A DNA stretch of 58,814 nt, the filler included, from Bipalium vagum (lineage: Eukaryota): the NCBI GenBank assembly GCA_037834085.1. It is 3 parts of 3 records of this genome, joined end to end, with 100 filler letters (N's around TTAATTAATTAA, not from the genome) between each part and the next. Parts side by side here need not be neighbours in the genome. Positions count along the whole stretch, not along the records: positions 1 to 20,837 come from JBBMKC010245571.1; 2 more parts are not named here. One strand, given 5' to 3'. Below the pieces are notes generated by a model, which saw only the letters and a list, made by a program, of their open reading frames with translations, searched no databases and was not told where the DNA came from. The first letter of the stretch is position 1. Every line of letters begins with the position of its first letter. This document shows positions 1-11,351 of the stretch, piece after piece. Both the position numbers and the translations under genes were made by a program.

Positions 1-460
1 TTATTATTATTATTATTATTATTATCATTTATACTAATTAATATTATTTTTATAATTATTGCTATTATCGTATGTGTTATTTTTATCACAGTCATTATAA
101 ATATTATTATTTTATCATGTAATATTATCAATATTAATATTTTTTAAATTACTTATCATTATTTTTTATATATTTTTATTATAATTTTTAATAATATTAT
201 TATTTTATCATTACATTATTTGTAATTATTATTTTCTACGATTATTTTTTTCATAATTATTATTTTTTAATAATATTTTTAAATTTTATTATAAATTACT
301 ATATTTTATTATCTTTATTATTAATTTTAAAATATTTTTTATAATTATATTTTATCATTATTATTATTTTTATTATCTTTAATATTTTCTTTTATTTTCC
401 TTTTTTTAAAAATTTTCTTTAATTATTTTTTTAATTATTATTTTCTGTTATTATTATTTT
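1..460. repeat. AT-rich low-complexity (degenerate TTA/ATT) tract
   Basis: Almost only A/T, with degenerate (TTA)n runs. Confidence 0.85.
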
Positions 461-1615
461 TTATCATTATCGCCATTTTTTGTGCTGCTATGCCCAGGGC
501 CACGAAATGTTCCCCGTCGTCCGCCGACCTTGGGAGAGGTCTCCGAGAGCAAATTGTTCTCCTGCCCTCCCCGAGCAAAAGAATGAGAAGTTTTCTTTGT
601 TATTGTGAAAATATCGATTTTCCGTAAATTGTCTCCCACCCCCCACCCAGTCCCCTGCAAGGTTGGCCTTAATTAATTATTATTTTTCAGTTGGTAACAA
701 TTAATTACCAACAGAAAGTCCATTGTCGCGGAAGAATGAGAGGCCAACGTCTTTGTAATGCTCTTTCCACTGTCCCTCTTCGGAAGGGCCATGACAATCT
801 TTTTAATTATATTTTTAATTGGTTTCCCTTCAATGAAGTACCCTCACATTTGCTCGTGAATGAGGATGCGAATCCCCAATGCTGTCCAAGGCCCCCAACC
901 GTAACATAACAATGCTTTCGAAGAACGCAACCCTCCATACCAGCTGGTACTGATAGCTGCACTTACTCCCTGAGAGAGCAGTGCTGCCCTCTGCCGTCCC
1001 CATTGTCCGACTGGTGGCTCTCTTCATTCCCTGTCATCAGGGGAAGTCTGTCACAGTGACAACAAACTATTCACAAATGCCCATGACGAAAGCCTCCCGT
1101 CCACCAAAAGGCCCAATGTCAGCAGACCAACCCCCGAAGTGACTCCACCACGACGGAGCGAGCACCCCCTTTTAATTATCTGCCACAGATAATGGTTGTT
1201 GTCAAGAACACATGGGAAAATGTAATAAATATAATTGCCCACTGATAAAGAGTTGGGCGGCCCAGTCGCAACAAGGTCAATGATTCCGAGCGTTCGCTGT
1301 TGGCTTGGCGCGCGAGGCATACCACCGGACGCTTTCCGCTACGGTTGCAGGAAGCCCATCATCATATGATAATTGGCCCACCATAACATAGCCAAGGGGA
1401 AAGAAAGGGGAAACAGCCCTCAAACATTGGTCATGTCCATTCATTTCATGGGCGATGATATTCTTTTCTTTTTCCTTTCTAATTAGGTTTTACCACCTGT
1501 CAGTTAATTGGGGTTACCCTTGCGCAATGACGTACGCACTTCACTCTGACGGCCAACGTCAACCGCGGTACCCCTATGCGAGAGGACGCACCAAGGTACG
1601 TGGGAAGATAGAACA
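461..1615. promoter_or_regulatory. GC-elevated non-coding island upstream of the LRR-Ig gene; candidate cis-regulatory region
   Basis: Sharp GC rise between AT tracts; no convincing ORF or transposase motif; repeated Sox-like (ACAAT/ATTGT) and homeodomain-like (TAATTG[G]) words. Confidence 0.4.
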
Positions 1616-1790
1616 ANNNNNNNNNNNNNNNNNNNNNNNNNNNNNNNNNNNNNNNNNNNNNNNNNNNNNNNNNNNNNNNNNNNNNNNNNNNNNNNNNNNN
1701 NNNNNNNNNNNNNNNNNNNNNNNNNNNNNNNNNNNNNNNNNNNNNNNNNNNNNNNNNNNNNNNNNNNNNNNNNNNNNNNNNNNNNNNNNN

Positions 1791-2300
1791 ATGAGGATAA
1801 TAATAATAATAAATATTATTATTTAAATTATAATTATAATAATAAATAATATTATTAATATTAATAAATAATATTAAAAAAAACAATATTAACTGTATTA
1901 ATAAATAATATTAATTATTATAATAAATAATATTAATTATATTAATAAAAAATATTTAGTATATTACTAAGTAATATTAATAATATTATTAATTAATATT
2001 AAAAGAATAATATTAATATTAATAAAATTACAAGAAATAAAATGATAATTTTAATAATAAAAAATAATTAAAATTATTAATGATAAGATATTTAAAGTAA
2101 TAAATTAATTAAAATAAAAAATGATTTTAATTATAATTGATTACTTAAACAAAAAATAATACTAATAAATATATAATAATATAATATATTATTTATTGTC
2201 TAATTAATGAATTATAATTAAAATAATTTATTTAAAAATAATTATATAATATAAAAATAATTATTAAATATATAATGAATTAAAACAATCATAAATTGTG
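1791..2300. repeat. AT-rich low-complexity tract
   Basis: Degenerate (AAT)n/(TAA)n sequence following an N gap. Confidence 0.8.
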
Positions 2301-2950
2301 ATTGATTAAAACAAAGTAATGCGAATAGCCAAATTTGCTGTTATCGTTGGTAGTTCTGATAATTCTAATTATAACTATCGCGATTAAAACAAAACGAAAG
2401 AAATATAATATATATATAAAGTTGTAACAAGGATAACTAATGAGGAGTAGCGATAATTGATTACGTCGGGGAAGGGTTGCCGGGTCTTAATTGGTCGTAG
2501 CTGGACGATTTTCCCAAGAAAGGCGAACATTTTCCGCGGTGTAGATGAATAAACGAATAAATAAATAAATATTTGGAGATCAGAATCAGAGGAATTAATA
2601 TCATTAATGTTGGTGGGCGCTCTCGGCTGCGGCGGCGGTAATGGGACTGCCTACCCCCAATTTATTACATAATTGTATTGATGTAATTACATTTGGCCAT
2701 CGCTGAGGACGATTTAATCAATCACAAATATTCCTCCGGCCGTGCCATTTTCAAGAACGAACGTCCAAACCTTGGCCCTCAATCAAACCAACAAATTTCA
2801 TTAAACCGTAAATTAATCACGTTCGCAAAACTACTGACTATTTGACAGTAGACTGCGACAGCGATTTTTGTCCCGAAAATAATTTCCTGTTTTTTCTGGT
2901 GGAATATTTGACCGGTTTCGTCTTCGTTTCAGACTGTCGCGTTAGAAGAG

Positions 2951-4480
2951 ATGATTGTGAGCATTCTTGCTTGTCTCCTCGTCCTACGAAACGTCTCCCT
3001 GCAGCTGACCGAAAACAGGATCTGCGACAATCTGTGCGTCTGCATCCACGTGGAGAACATCATCGTTTGCAATGAAAACGACAAAATGGTCGGACTGCCC
3101 ACCAACATCGACAAGGTGTACGAAAAGCTGACCATCCAAAGCGGAATCTTCCAGGATCCCATTCTTTACCAGCGCAATCTGACCGGGCTGGAACATTTGA
3201 ACTACCTGAAGATCATCTACTGCAAATTGACCGCCGTGGAAAGGGGAACGTTCATCAATATGAAGAGACTGAAATATCTCGACTTGTCCCACAACAACCT
3301 GAAGATCATCGAGTCTCAAACCTTCAATGGTCTCAACCTGGACGAGCTCCATTTGATGGAGAATCCCGGCCTGAAACTCTACTTCGAATCGTTCAGGGGC
3401 ATGCACGCCCAATCCATCAATCTGAGGACCAACGACATCAGGACCATCAAGTTTGAAGTCTTCACCAACACAAACGTCAAAAGACTTTATCTCTACAACA
3501 ACCGCATCAGTACGATCGACCAGAAGTTTTCCGAAATGTTCAGTCGGGACGATTCCGTGATCGATCTGACCGGAAATCCGCTGGACTGTTCCTGTGAAAT
3601 GAGATGGATCCTTCCACTGTTGAAGAAGAAGTTCAACAACTCCCGATTCGCTAAGGAAATGAAGTCGATCAATTTCACCTGCGCATCTCCGTCCAGACTG
3701 ATGGGCAAAGAGCTGAAGAGCCTTACAATCCGCGATATGCCTTGTCCGCCGCCGAAAATCACGTCCATCACCGTGGAGTTCGGAATACCGACCACTGAAC
3801 TGACCTGCGTGGCCGTCGGCAACAACTACAGAGCCCCGGGCGTGTCGTGGAACTATACGGAACCTGACAATGCTCGAGAACTGAGAAGGACGCCTCTCAT
3901 CAAAAGCTCAAACACCACCAAAAATCTCCAAACGTCCCTGTCGGTCAAGGTGAAAGTCACCAACAAGCTCCAGGCTTTCACGTGCAGCAGTTGGCTGGAC
4001 GAGAGCCAAAGCGAAAACATCGTCGTCAACATAAAAGCGCCTCAGTACGTTTCGAAAACGCCGATCGTCACGTCGAACCAATCTCACAACACCGTGCCGA
4101 ACACGAAGGACCGGTTCCGGCCGGAAATACAAGAATCTCATTTCATTTTCACGAAGCAGTTCACCATCCTGGAAATGATCGGCGCCGTTGTGGGAACGTT
4201 CACGACCACTTTGATACTGTTGCTGATGGTGACCCAAATCCACCGCTGGTGGAAGCGGGGCCAGAAGCCCGAGTCCAATTACAAATCAGTCAATATCATC
4301 AAGCCCTACTGGACTCTGGGCCACGACTCCAACAACACTTACTCCCACCCGGTCAGTCACACGGAATACGACATCCCCAGAACGTACGAAACCCAGGCTC
4401 CCTCCATGTGCCAGAGTCCTCCATTGACCAGAGGGGAATATCTGGACTACAAAACGCAGAACAAGATTTATTCCACTTGA
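2951..4480 (+). CDS. Single-pass membrane protein with LRRs and one Ig-like domain (LIG-type receptor/adhesion protein), 509 aa, no intron in CDS
   Basis: Hydrophobic N-terminus (MIVSILACLLVL); LRRNT (CDNLCVC..IVC); about 6-7 LRRs (LKYLDLSHNNLKII, VKRLYLYNNRISTI); LRRCT (GNPLDCSCEMRWI...CASPSRLMGKEL); Ig-like C-W-C (LTCVAVG..WNY..AFTC); TM (MIGAVVGTFTTTLILLLMV) followed by basic RWWKR; strong C/G-ending codon bias; acceptor-like TTTCAG at 2927-2932. Confidence 0.93.
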   Translation: MIVSILACLLVLRNVSLQLTENRICDNLCVCIHVENIIVCNENDKMVGLPTNIDKVYEKLTIQSGIFQDPILYQRNLTGLEHLNYLKIIYCKLTAVERGTFINMKRLKYLDLSHNNLKIIESQTFNGLNLDELHLMENPGLKLYFESFRGMHAQSINLRTNDIRTIKFEVFTNTNVKRLYLYNNRISTIDQKFSEMFSRDDSVIDLTGNPLDCSCEMRWILPLLKKKFNNSRFAKEMKSINFTCASPSRLMGKELKSLTIRDMPCPPPKITSITVEFGIPTTELTCVAVGNNYRAPGVSWNYTEPDNARELRRTPLIKSSNTTKNLQTSLSVKVKVTNKLQAFTCSSWLDESQSENIVVNIKAPQYVSKTPIVTSNQSHNTVPNTKDRFRPEIQESHFIFTKQFTILEMIGAVVGTFTTTLILLLMVTQIHRWWKRGQKPESNYKSVNIIKPYWTLGHDSNNTYSHPVSHTEYDIPRTYETQAPSMCQSPPLTRGEYLDYKTQNKIYST

Positions 4481-4529
4481 TTTCCCGGGCGATCTTGTGA
4501 CACGAACCTTGGTGGAAATTGGATCAGAA

Positions 4530-4950
4530 TCGATTTCGCTCTCTTCCTCTCTCTCCTATTCTCAACCCCCTTCTTCGCCTCTTATTTTCTCACCTTCATT
4601 TGTATTTTCTTGTTCCTTTGCCTCTCTTTCTTTTATATTCCCTTCTCTTTCTCTCCATTACCTGTCCTCGTTCTCTTTCCATCTTTTTCTTTCTAATCTC
4701 TCTCTCTTTCTATTATCTTTTCCACTTTTCTCTCCTTTCCTCCATTCTCTCGCTATTTATTCTTCCTTCCTCTCCTTCATTTTCAGTCTCTCTCCCAGTT
4801 TTTTCTTGTCTTCCTTCTTCCTTTCTGTCTACTTTTATCTGCCCTCCTCATTCTTCCTTTCTCTGCCACCTTTCCAACTGCCTTGCCCCAACCTTCCTCC
4901 CCTTCCTCCATCGCCTCTTCCTCACTCTCTCCCCTTTCCCCTCTCTCTCT
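4530..4950 (+). repeat. Polypyrimidine (CT-rich) low-complexity tract
   Basis: About 420 bp almost entirely C/T on the + strand, just 3' of the LRR-Ig stop codon. Confidence 0.9.
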
Positions 4951-6390
4951 CAAATCAATAGTGGTACAGTGTACAGAAGAACTAAACTTTTTACAAAAAA
5001 CAGAAAACTATCAATAAAATATTTGTGATAGACCACCTTCACTCTTTGCTTTTATTGCTTCAAGTCTCCTCCTGAGGGTCTGTTCGGACTTGCGTTTGAG
5101 TGCTTGTGTAAAGAAAGATTTGTTGCAAATTTGATTGAAGCTTTATATTTTTTAGATATTTGTAATATTTTTTATTTTATTTATATTACATTTTTGCAAA
5201 AAAAGACTACCCCAGTGGAATGCCATAAAACTATTTCTTAGTCACACTGCGGAAATGTTAGACCGACATTGTAGCGTTTTTGAGCCTGTCCTTCGGAGCA
5301 AGGCCACAATATCATAATACAATTGATCATGTTTTATTTTACCTTCTTCCAATTAAAAAAAATTAAAATTAAATAAACCTTGGTTGTCAGGGTCCGACCA
5401 CTTGTGGGTGCTTGGTCGAAAGACGGCAATTACGTTATTACCGTATCGGAAATAGAATCGCCACCTCCCCCTGAGGAAGGCACTTAACCGAACCGATAAA
5501 ATGAACGAAAACGTTTGTAGCAAAGTATATTTCGTGCTAGAAAGTACAACCTTTCCTCATTCAATATAATCTTTGATATCTTTTATTCATTATGCTTTGG
5601 TTCCCAATAATCGAAAAGACCCTGTGTCGCAAATTCGAGCCCTGTAAGGCAGAGTTGATTTAAGACAATAACGGATGATAGGATGGCAATGAGACAAATA
5701 TGACAAGACTGCCATTTTATTTAATTGAATCAAATAATAAATACAATATAATCAATCGATTGAGATAATATTTTTGAGAAGACAATTTATAAATTATATT
5801 ATATATTAGCGCCATGAAGGTGGATGGATACCAATATTTTCTGAAGTGCATTTACCAAATGAAACGATACGTGCCGAATTATGTTACTATTCCATATTTT
5901 CTGGAGGAAGGTATTTTCCAACCAATTTTCTATCCTATTGTCAAGCGATAATGATATTCCTGGTGAACGAACATCAAAAGATGGTCGTCCATCAAAGTTA
6001 AGCTGTAGAAGATTGCAAAATTTGATAAAATCCGCCTCTGACAAATTCAGTATTTCATCTAGTCAGGATGGCGTGGTACAATCAACAATTGACTCAATTA
6101 TCAAAAATATATGAAAGGACCAAATGTATTCTGAAAATCAACTGAAAAAAAATAATCACTCTAAATATTTCTGATAATATTTTCGAATCTCCTGATTAAA
6201 CTATCATATTTTTGAGTTTGTTTAAATTTATTAATTTAATGAAAAAAAATTTAGAACTAATAATATTTAAATTTTAATTAAATTTAATTAAAAAAATTTA
6301 ATTGATATTTTCTGTTCACCCCCTATAAAAAATACAACTTTTAATTGAAAAGAATATTTTAAACAACGAAATTTATTAAATACACAATTC

Positions 6391-7374
6391 TTAGGATTTA
6401 ATACGATATCCATTTGATTTTTTGACCAATTCTAATCTTTTGGGCATCGAGAACACAATTTTCTCACATAGATTACGATAAATGTTGTACCATTTGCTTT
6501 GGACCTCATTGCATAATTCTTGAGCAGAACTGTGTTTCATTGGTCTTAGTTGCCGTTTAAGGATACCCCAGATATTTTCTATGGAATTCAGATCAGAAGA
6601 ATTACTTGGTCAAGGCAAGACATCAGTGTTTTTATTTTTTGGGAAAGCCTGGGTACTGTTGGCCATTTGATGGGAAGCCAAATCATTTTTTAAAACCAAT
6701 GCTGCTTCTGGAAAGACTAAGCATTTTCGAACTGTCTACGTCACGAAGTATTTCTTTTTGAAATCTCTCAGCATTCATATTTCCATTCATTCTTTTCAAA
6801 AGTTCAACTCCATTACTGTTGAAGCAGCCCCAGGCATGTATGGATGGACCAATGTGGTTCTTCGAATCAATAATGACGAATATTACTGAAAGAAACAATC
6901 GTCACTGAATACCACATCTACACATTCATCTGCATCCCAAGAACTGTAGGTCTTGACCAAGGAAAGTCTTCTGGAACGTCGATGCATTTTCAAATACGAC
7001 TTCTTAATTGCTACATAAAATCGAAAACCGTACTTGTTCAGAATTTTTTGGACGGTACTGACAAATAAATTTTCGACAGAACTTGAATTGTACATACGAG
7101 TAATATTATGAACATCTAATAAGCGATTGGCTTTGCAAATGCGTCTTATAGCTCGTGAATCTTGGGGTGAAACAATAGTTGGTCTGCCATTTCTTATCTT
7201 ATCTCACACGGATCATGTTTTCAGATATTTCTTCCAAACATATTGCATGCCGCGTTTTGTCACAGTGTTGCTGAGCTTTTGAAGTAATTCACAAGCTATT
7301 TCTGTACAAGATCTTCCATTATTCCGTAATATAACGATTACATTTCTTTGAAATTCTCTTAAATTTTTAAACAT
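6391..7374 (-). mobile_element. Degenerate Tc1-family transposase
   Basis: Frameshifted pieces: STVQKILNKYGF..KKSYL..RRL..VVFSDD; HAWGCFNSNGVELL..MNGNMN; PSNSSDLNSIENIWGILK...SMPKRL..SNGYRIKS* (Tc1 SPDLNPIENLW motif). Confidence 0.88.
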
Positions 7375-7396
7375 TATATTGTTCTAAAACCATATA

Positions 7397-9157
7397 CAGT
7401 TAAACCTGTATAATATGCCACCCTTTCTAATTTACCACAATATTTTTTTCAGTATAGAAAACAAAACAATGTATTTTTAAAATTTACCAAAATCAATATT
7501 TGGAAAATTTTGGTTATAAAAATATAAATCATTTATATGAAAATATGAATTTATTTCGCATTTTGTTGATGTTGTTTATATGAATTATATGAGTTTATAT
7601 GAAATTGAAATTTTTAAAATTTTTATCTATACGATCTATACGACAAAGAGTAGTGACGAAGATAAAAGAATCCAGGCGTTTAAATGCAAATGAAAAAAAG
7701 AAATCATTGATTAATCAGAAAATAACCCGAAGTTAACAAATACCAGAATCGCTAGTATATTTTCTGAAAAATTTAAAACTATAATTAAATGAAGATCCAT
7801 TTTAAATTATAGAAATTTTAAGAAAGATATTTTTAAGACATGTGTCATTAATCCTTATCTCACTGATATTCCCAAAGAAAGAAAATATGAATCAGTTAAC
7901 AAAGAACTTTATGACTGGATTTCAAGAATTGAATCTGCTGGAGGAATTTATAACGAGAAGATTAGGGAAGAAAAGACTTGTGGTTTACCTACCTTCAAGG
8001 CTTCTAATGGCTGGCTACAAAGCTCCAAATCCATGTATGGAATTAATTCTAAGACTTTATCAGGCGAGGCATCGAACAAATCTATTAAAGATTATGAAGA
8101 CTGTTACAATTTGATCCATGAAAAGATTAATATGTGTAATCCTGATTACATATTTAATTGTGATGAAACTTCTCTATTTTTTAAACAATCTTCTTCAAAA
8201 AGTCTTTTATCGAAAACTAGAAAAGGAATCAAGACATTCAAGGATAGAGTAACAGTATTGTTATGCACAAACATGACAGGATCTATCAAAATGAACCCAT
8301 TAGTTATCGAAAAATTCAAAATTCCAAGGTCATTAAAACACTAACTATTCTTAAATCTGTGACTATTATTTTAATAAATCAGCATGGATGACAACAATTA
8401 TTTTTAATGAATGGTTGATAAAATTTGATGTCATGCAAAGAAATAATAAATATATATATTAAAAAATTATACGGCGCATCTTTTCTGTGTTCAAACTCAT
8501 TTTATTGAAATACATTTTCTACCAATAAATTCGACTACTATTACTCAACCTCTTGATGGCGGTATTATCAAAAGTTTTAAAATCAAATATTTTCATTTTT
8601 TTGGTTTCTAGTGCTGTGTATAAAATGGATAAAGGCATTCATGCAGAACATGAATTCAAAGAGTTGCTTTTCTTTATATTAATTGGTCTTGGAATACAGT
8701 GAAATCAGAAACAATTTCAAGTTGTTGGAAACATGCAGGATATAATTTGGATAGTCCACTTCAAGAAGCAAATTTGTCAATTCACGTAGATTTTAATACC
8801 GAAAATTTGGAAATACAAGAATCTATTAATATATTGAATATTCCTGCTGTAGTGGGACATAGTCAATTTATTGATGAATTCCTTACGGAAAATGAAATTT
8901 CATTAGTTTAAGCTGATACAGATAATAAAGATTTTTAAATTAAAGATCAAAGCGGAGAAGATACTGAGCACCAAGTATATCTAATTAAATTTCAACTTGA
9001 ACATTTTAATAATTTGAAAAAGTTCATAAATAATGATGAAACAGATAACATGAGTGTTTTAAACGCCGTTTCAGAATTGAAAATCTGGCTTCAAAACAAG
9101 ATATTAAAAAATACTAAATCTAAAATAAGTAATTACTTTCAAAAAGAGAACCAATGA
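7397..9157 (+). mobile_element. Degenerate pogo/Tigger-family transposon
   Basis: TA|CAGTTAAACCT terminus; FKASNGWL; IFNCDETSLF; KDRVTVLLCTNMTG; NKSAWMT..FNEW; QPLDGGIIKSFK; C-terminal KSKISNYF; multiple stops and frameshifts. Confidence 0.9.
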
Positions 9158-9499
9158 AAAAAAATTTTATTTAGTTTTTTCTTAATTCCCAGTATTTATT
9201 GTTATTTATTTCGATTTTTTTTATTTACCTCTATAAATCTCCAATCTTTGATATTATTTTAATTTATCAATAACGAAATATTTAAATAACTATTTTTAAC
9301 TAAGTCGAAAATACATATATCAAAATTATAAGTTGAAAAATAAATTAAAGCTAATTCACAGTTGAAGTTTGGATCAAGATTTAGTGGTGTATCTAACTTA
9401 AATGTTGTTGAAAATTTTTGAGATAAACAATTTGATATATTTTGCTACCATTTTTTAAAAAAATAACATTTTAATCAGAATCTGGATCAAATCTAACTT

Positions 9500-10330
9500 T
9501 CAAATTTTCACAATAATCATTGGGGTTGAAATTTGATTGAATAGCCGTAGGGTTTTATATGTCTGTGAATGATTCACAGTATCATGCTGAAATCCTTTTT
9601 CTTCTAGCTTAGAATATCCTTTCCACATATCTGTGTGGATTATTGATCCAGGTTTGATGTGCTTTTCAATAATCTTTGTTAGTGTTTCTGCTTTTCGATC
9701 AGTCACCCCAACTAGGAAAATTTTTCTCTGCTCAGTACGCTCAACTCCTCCGACTACCCATGCTCCATTTACTCTATGTCCTCGATTATATTTTTCTTTC
9801 TAAGTTTCGTTTCATCCACTTCAACAGTGATACCTTCTCCTCCTGTCATGGAATCTTCAAAATGCAGTGAATCCTTAAAAATAAGCCGGAATTCTTTTAC
9901 AAAATTACAAATTGTTTGCAAACTGCATTTCGTCATGGTTATGATTGAAGTTGAGGGTACTTTATTCAACCATAAACACACAATAAGCATTATTTCGAGT
10001 GACCTTCAAAGAATGACCCCTTTCTAAATGAAACAGATAATCGACAATCATTTATTCCACATCTCCATCGACCCTGATTTACTTGAAAATTAATTTTTCC
10101 ATTGCACAATGAACAAATACTATTTTCCACAAAAACTTGATTTTTGAATAAAAATTCCACACATTTATCTTCTTGAAATAGTATTTCATTTACTTCTATC
10201 ATTGTCGGCAACATCTGTTAAGTAATTTTTTAATTTATTATTACTTTTATTTATAAATTTCGTATTTTTTAGATTAAATTAATAATTTTAAACAAATGCT
10301 TATTGACGGCATTTAGATCAAATGAGATCC
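9500..10330 (-). mobile_element. Merlin (IS1016/ISXO2-like) transposon, frameshifted and 3'-truncated
   Basis: CxxC...WRC..C zinc ribbon; GGEGITVEVDETK; WVVGGVER; RKAETL..IIEKHIKPGSIIHTDMWKGY..TVNHS; possible GG-starting terminus at 10330. Confidence 0.9.
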
Positions 10331-11243
10331 ATCATTGGTGATACTTTTTTATTTTTTTTAATTAAATGATCAAGATAAATTGTTGAATACCTTTAAGGTT
10401 TTAGAATCCCGTAAATTAATATCATATATGTTTAAAAATTAATAGTACATGAAAAAAAAGGAAACTAAAATTTTACTCCGGATTTTTACATTCATATCTT
10501 GAATCAAATACAGAGGGGTGATTAATTGTCTCCTCTGAATTATATAATTCAAGTTAATTTTATAATCTTTATCGATTCTCTGTAATATTTTTTTATTTCT
10601 GTTTTTATTACTAGAATAATCTAATAAATTAAATATATCTTTATCTTTATGATAGGTGGAGGGGTTTATTATTATAAAAAAATACTATTTTCTTATCTTA
10701 AATCACATACAGAGACGGATCACCCTCTGTATTTTAAAAAAAATTATTTAAGTAAATCTTTTTATGTTAAATAAAATCCAGAGAGGGTCTTTAGTAGGCC
10801 ACTTTTGATTTTTAATTATCCCATTTAAAAAGATTTTAAATTTTTATATATGTTGAGATAGTTGTATCTTAAAATGTACACTCACACAAATTTCAACTTA
10901 ATATCTTTTTATAGGGAAAACGTTATTAAGGGTTTAAAATGGTAGAAATACATGTAAAAGTCAATGTCTTATTGAAAACATGAATTTGGGTAGAAATTTT
11001 TTTGTGCAGTGAGATAGAAAATTATATGCTGATAATTATCATAAAATAAAAAATATATGTCATTGACTTACTTTCTGAGATATTCACAAAAATCAATAAA
11101 ATCAATAATTGGATCAGAAATATTGATCGGATCAAAATGCAAGTAAAACTACCAAAAAAATCATTTAATTTTGGTTTAGATCAAATTCATAAAAATTTAA
11201 AATTATATATTAATGATAAAGAATTTTCTATGTAATTTGTCTT

Positions 11244-11351
11244 TGAAATTAAAACAAAAACGGTATAGGATTTTGAGGTTTCATTTTTTGAATTTCAAAA
11301 ACTTGAAAAAGTGAATCGCTAAAATCGTATACCGTTTTTGTTTTAATTTCA
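11244..11351. repeat. 108-bp near-perfect palindrome/hairpin
   Basis: TGAAATTAAAACAAAAACGGTATAGGATTTT versus the reverse complement of AAAATCGTATACCGTTTTTGTTTTAATTTCA (1 mismatch in 31), with further imperfect pairing inward. Confidence 0.85.

Noticed and set aside
662-690. Possible 29-nt GT..AG mini-intron (and a 25-nt one on the minus strand near 13838-13862)
   Set aside because: Splicing them yields no convincing reading frame; the only well-supported intron in the window is about 4 kb.
1455-1886. ORFs spanning N gaps (also 45123-45308)
   Set aside because: Artefacts of undetermined bases.
2842-4500. Overlapping and antisense ORFs across the LRR-Ig gene (e.g. 2984-3412, 3493-3825, 3908-4243, 3982-4500)
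   Set aside because: Shadow ORFs expected from GC3-rich codon usage; no protein motifs.
4497-5028. 154-aa and 169-aa Leu/Ser/Phe/Pro-rich ORFs
   Set aside because: Translations of the CT tract, which rarely contains stop codons.
5200-5700. GC-elevated stretch resembling a solo LTR
   Set aside because: No second copy, PBS/PPT or TSD identifiable.
5799-6114. 81-aa minus-strand and 77-aa plus-strand ORFs
   Set aside because: The minus-strand ORF has an in-frame stop just upstream and a non-ATG start; neither has a recognisable domain or a consistent splice context.
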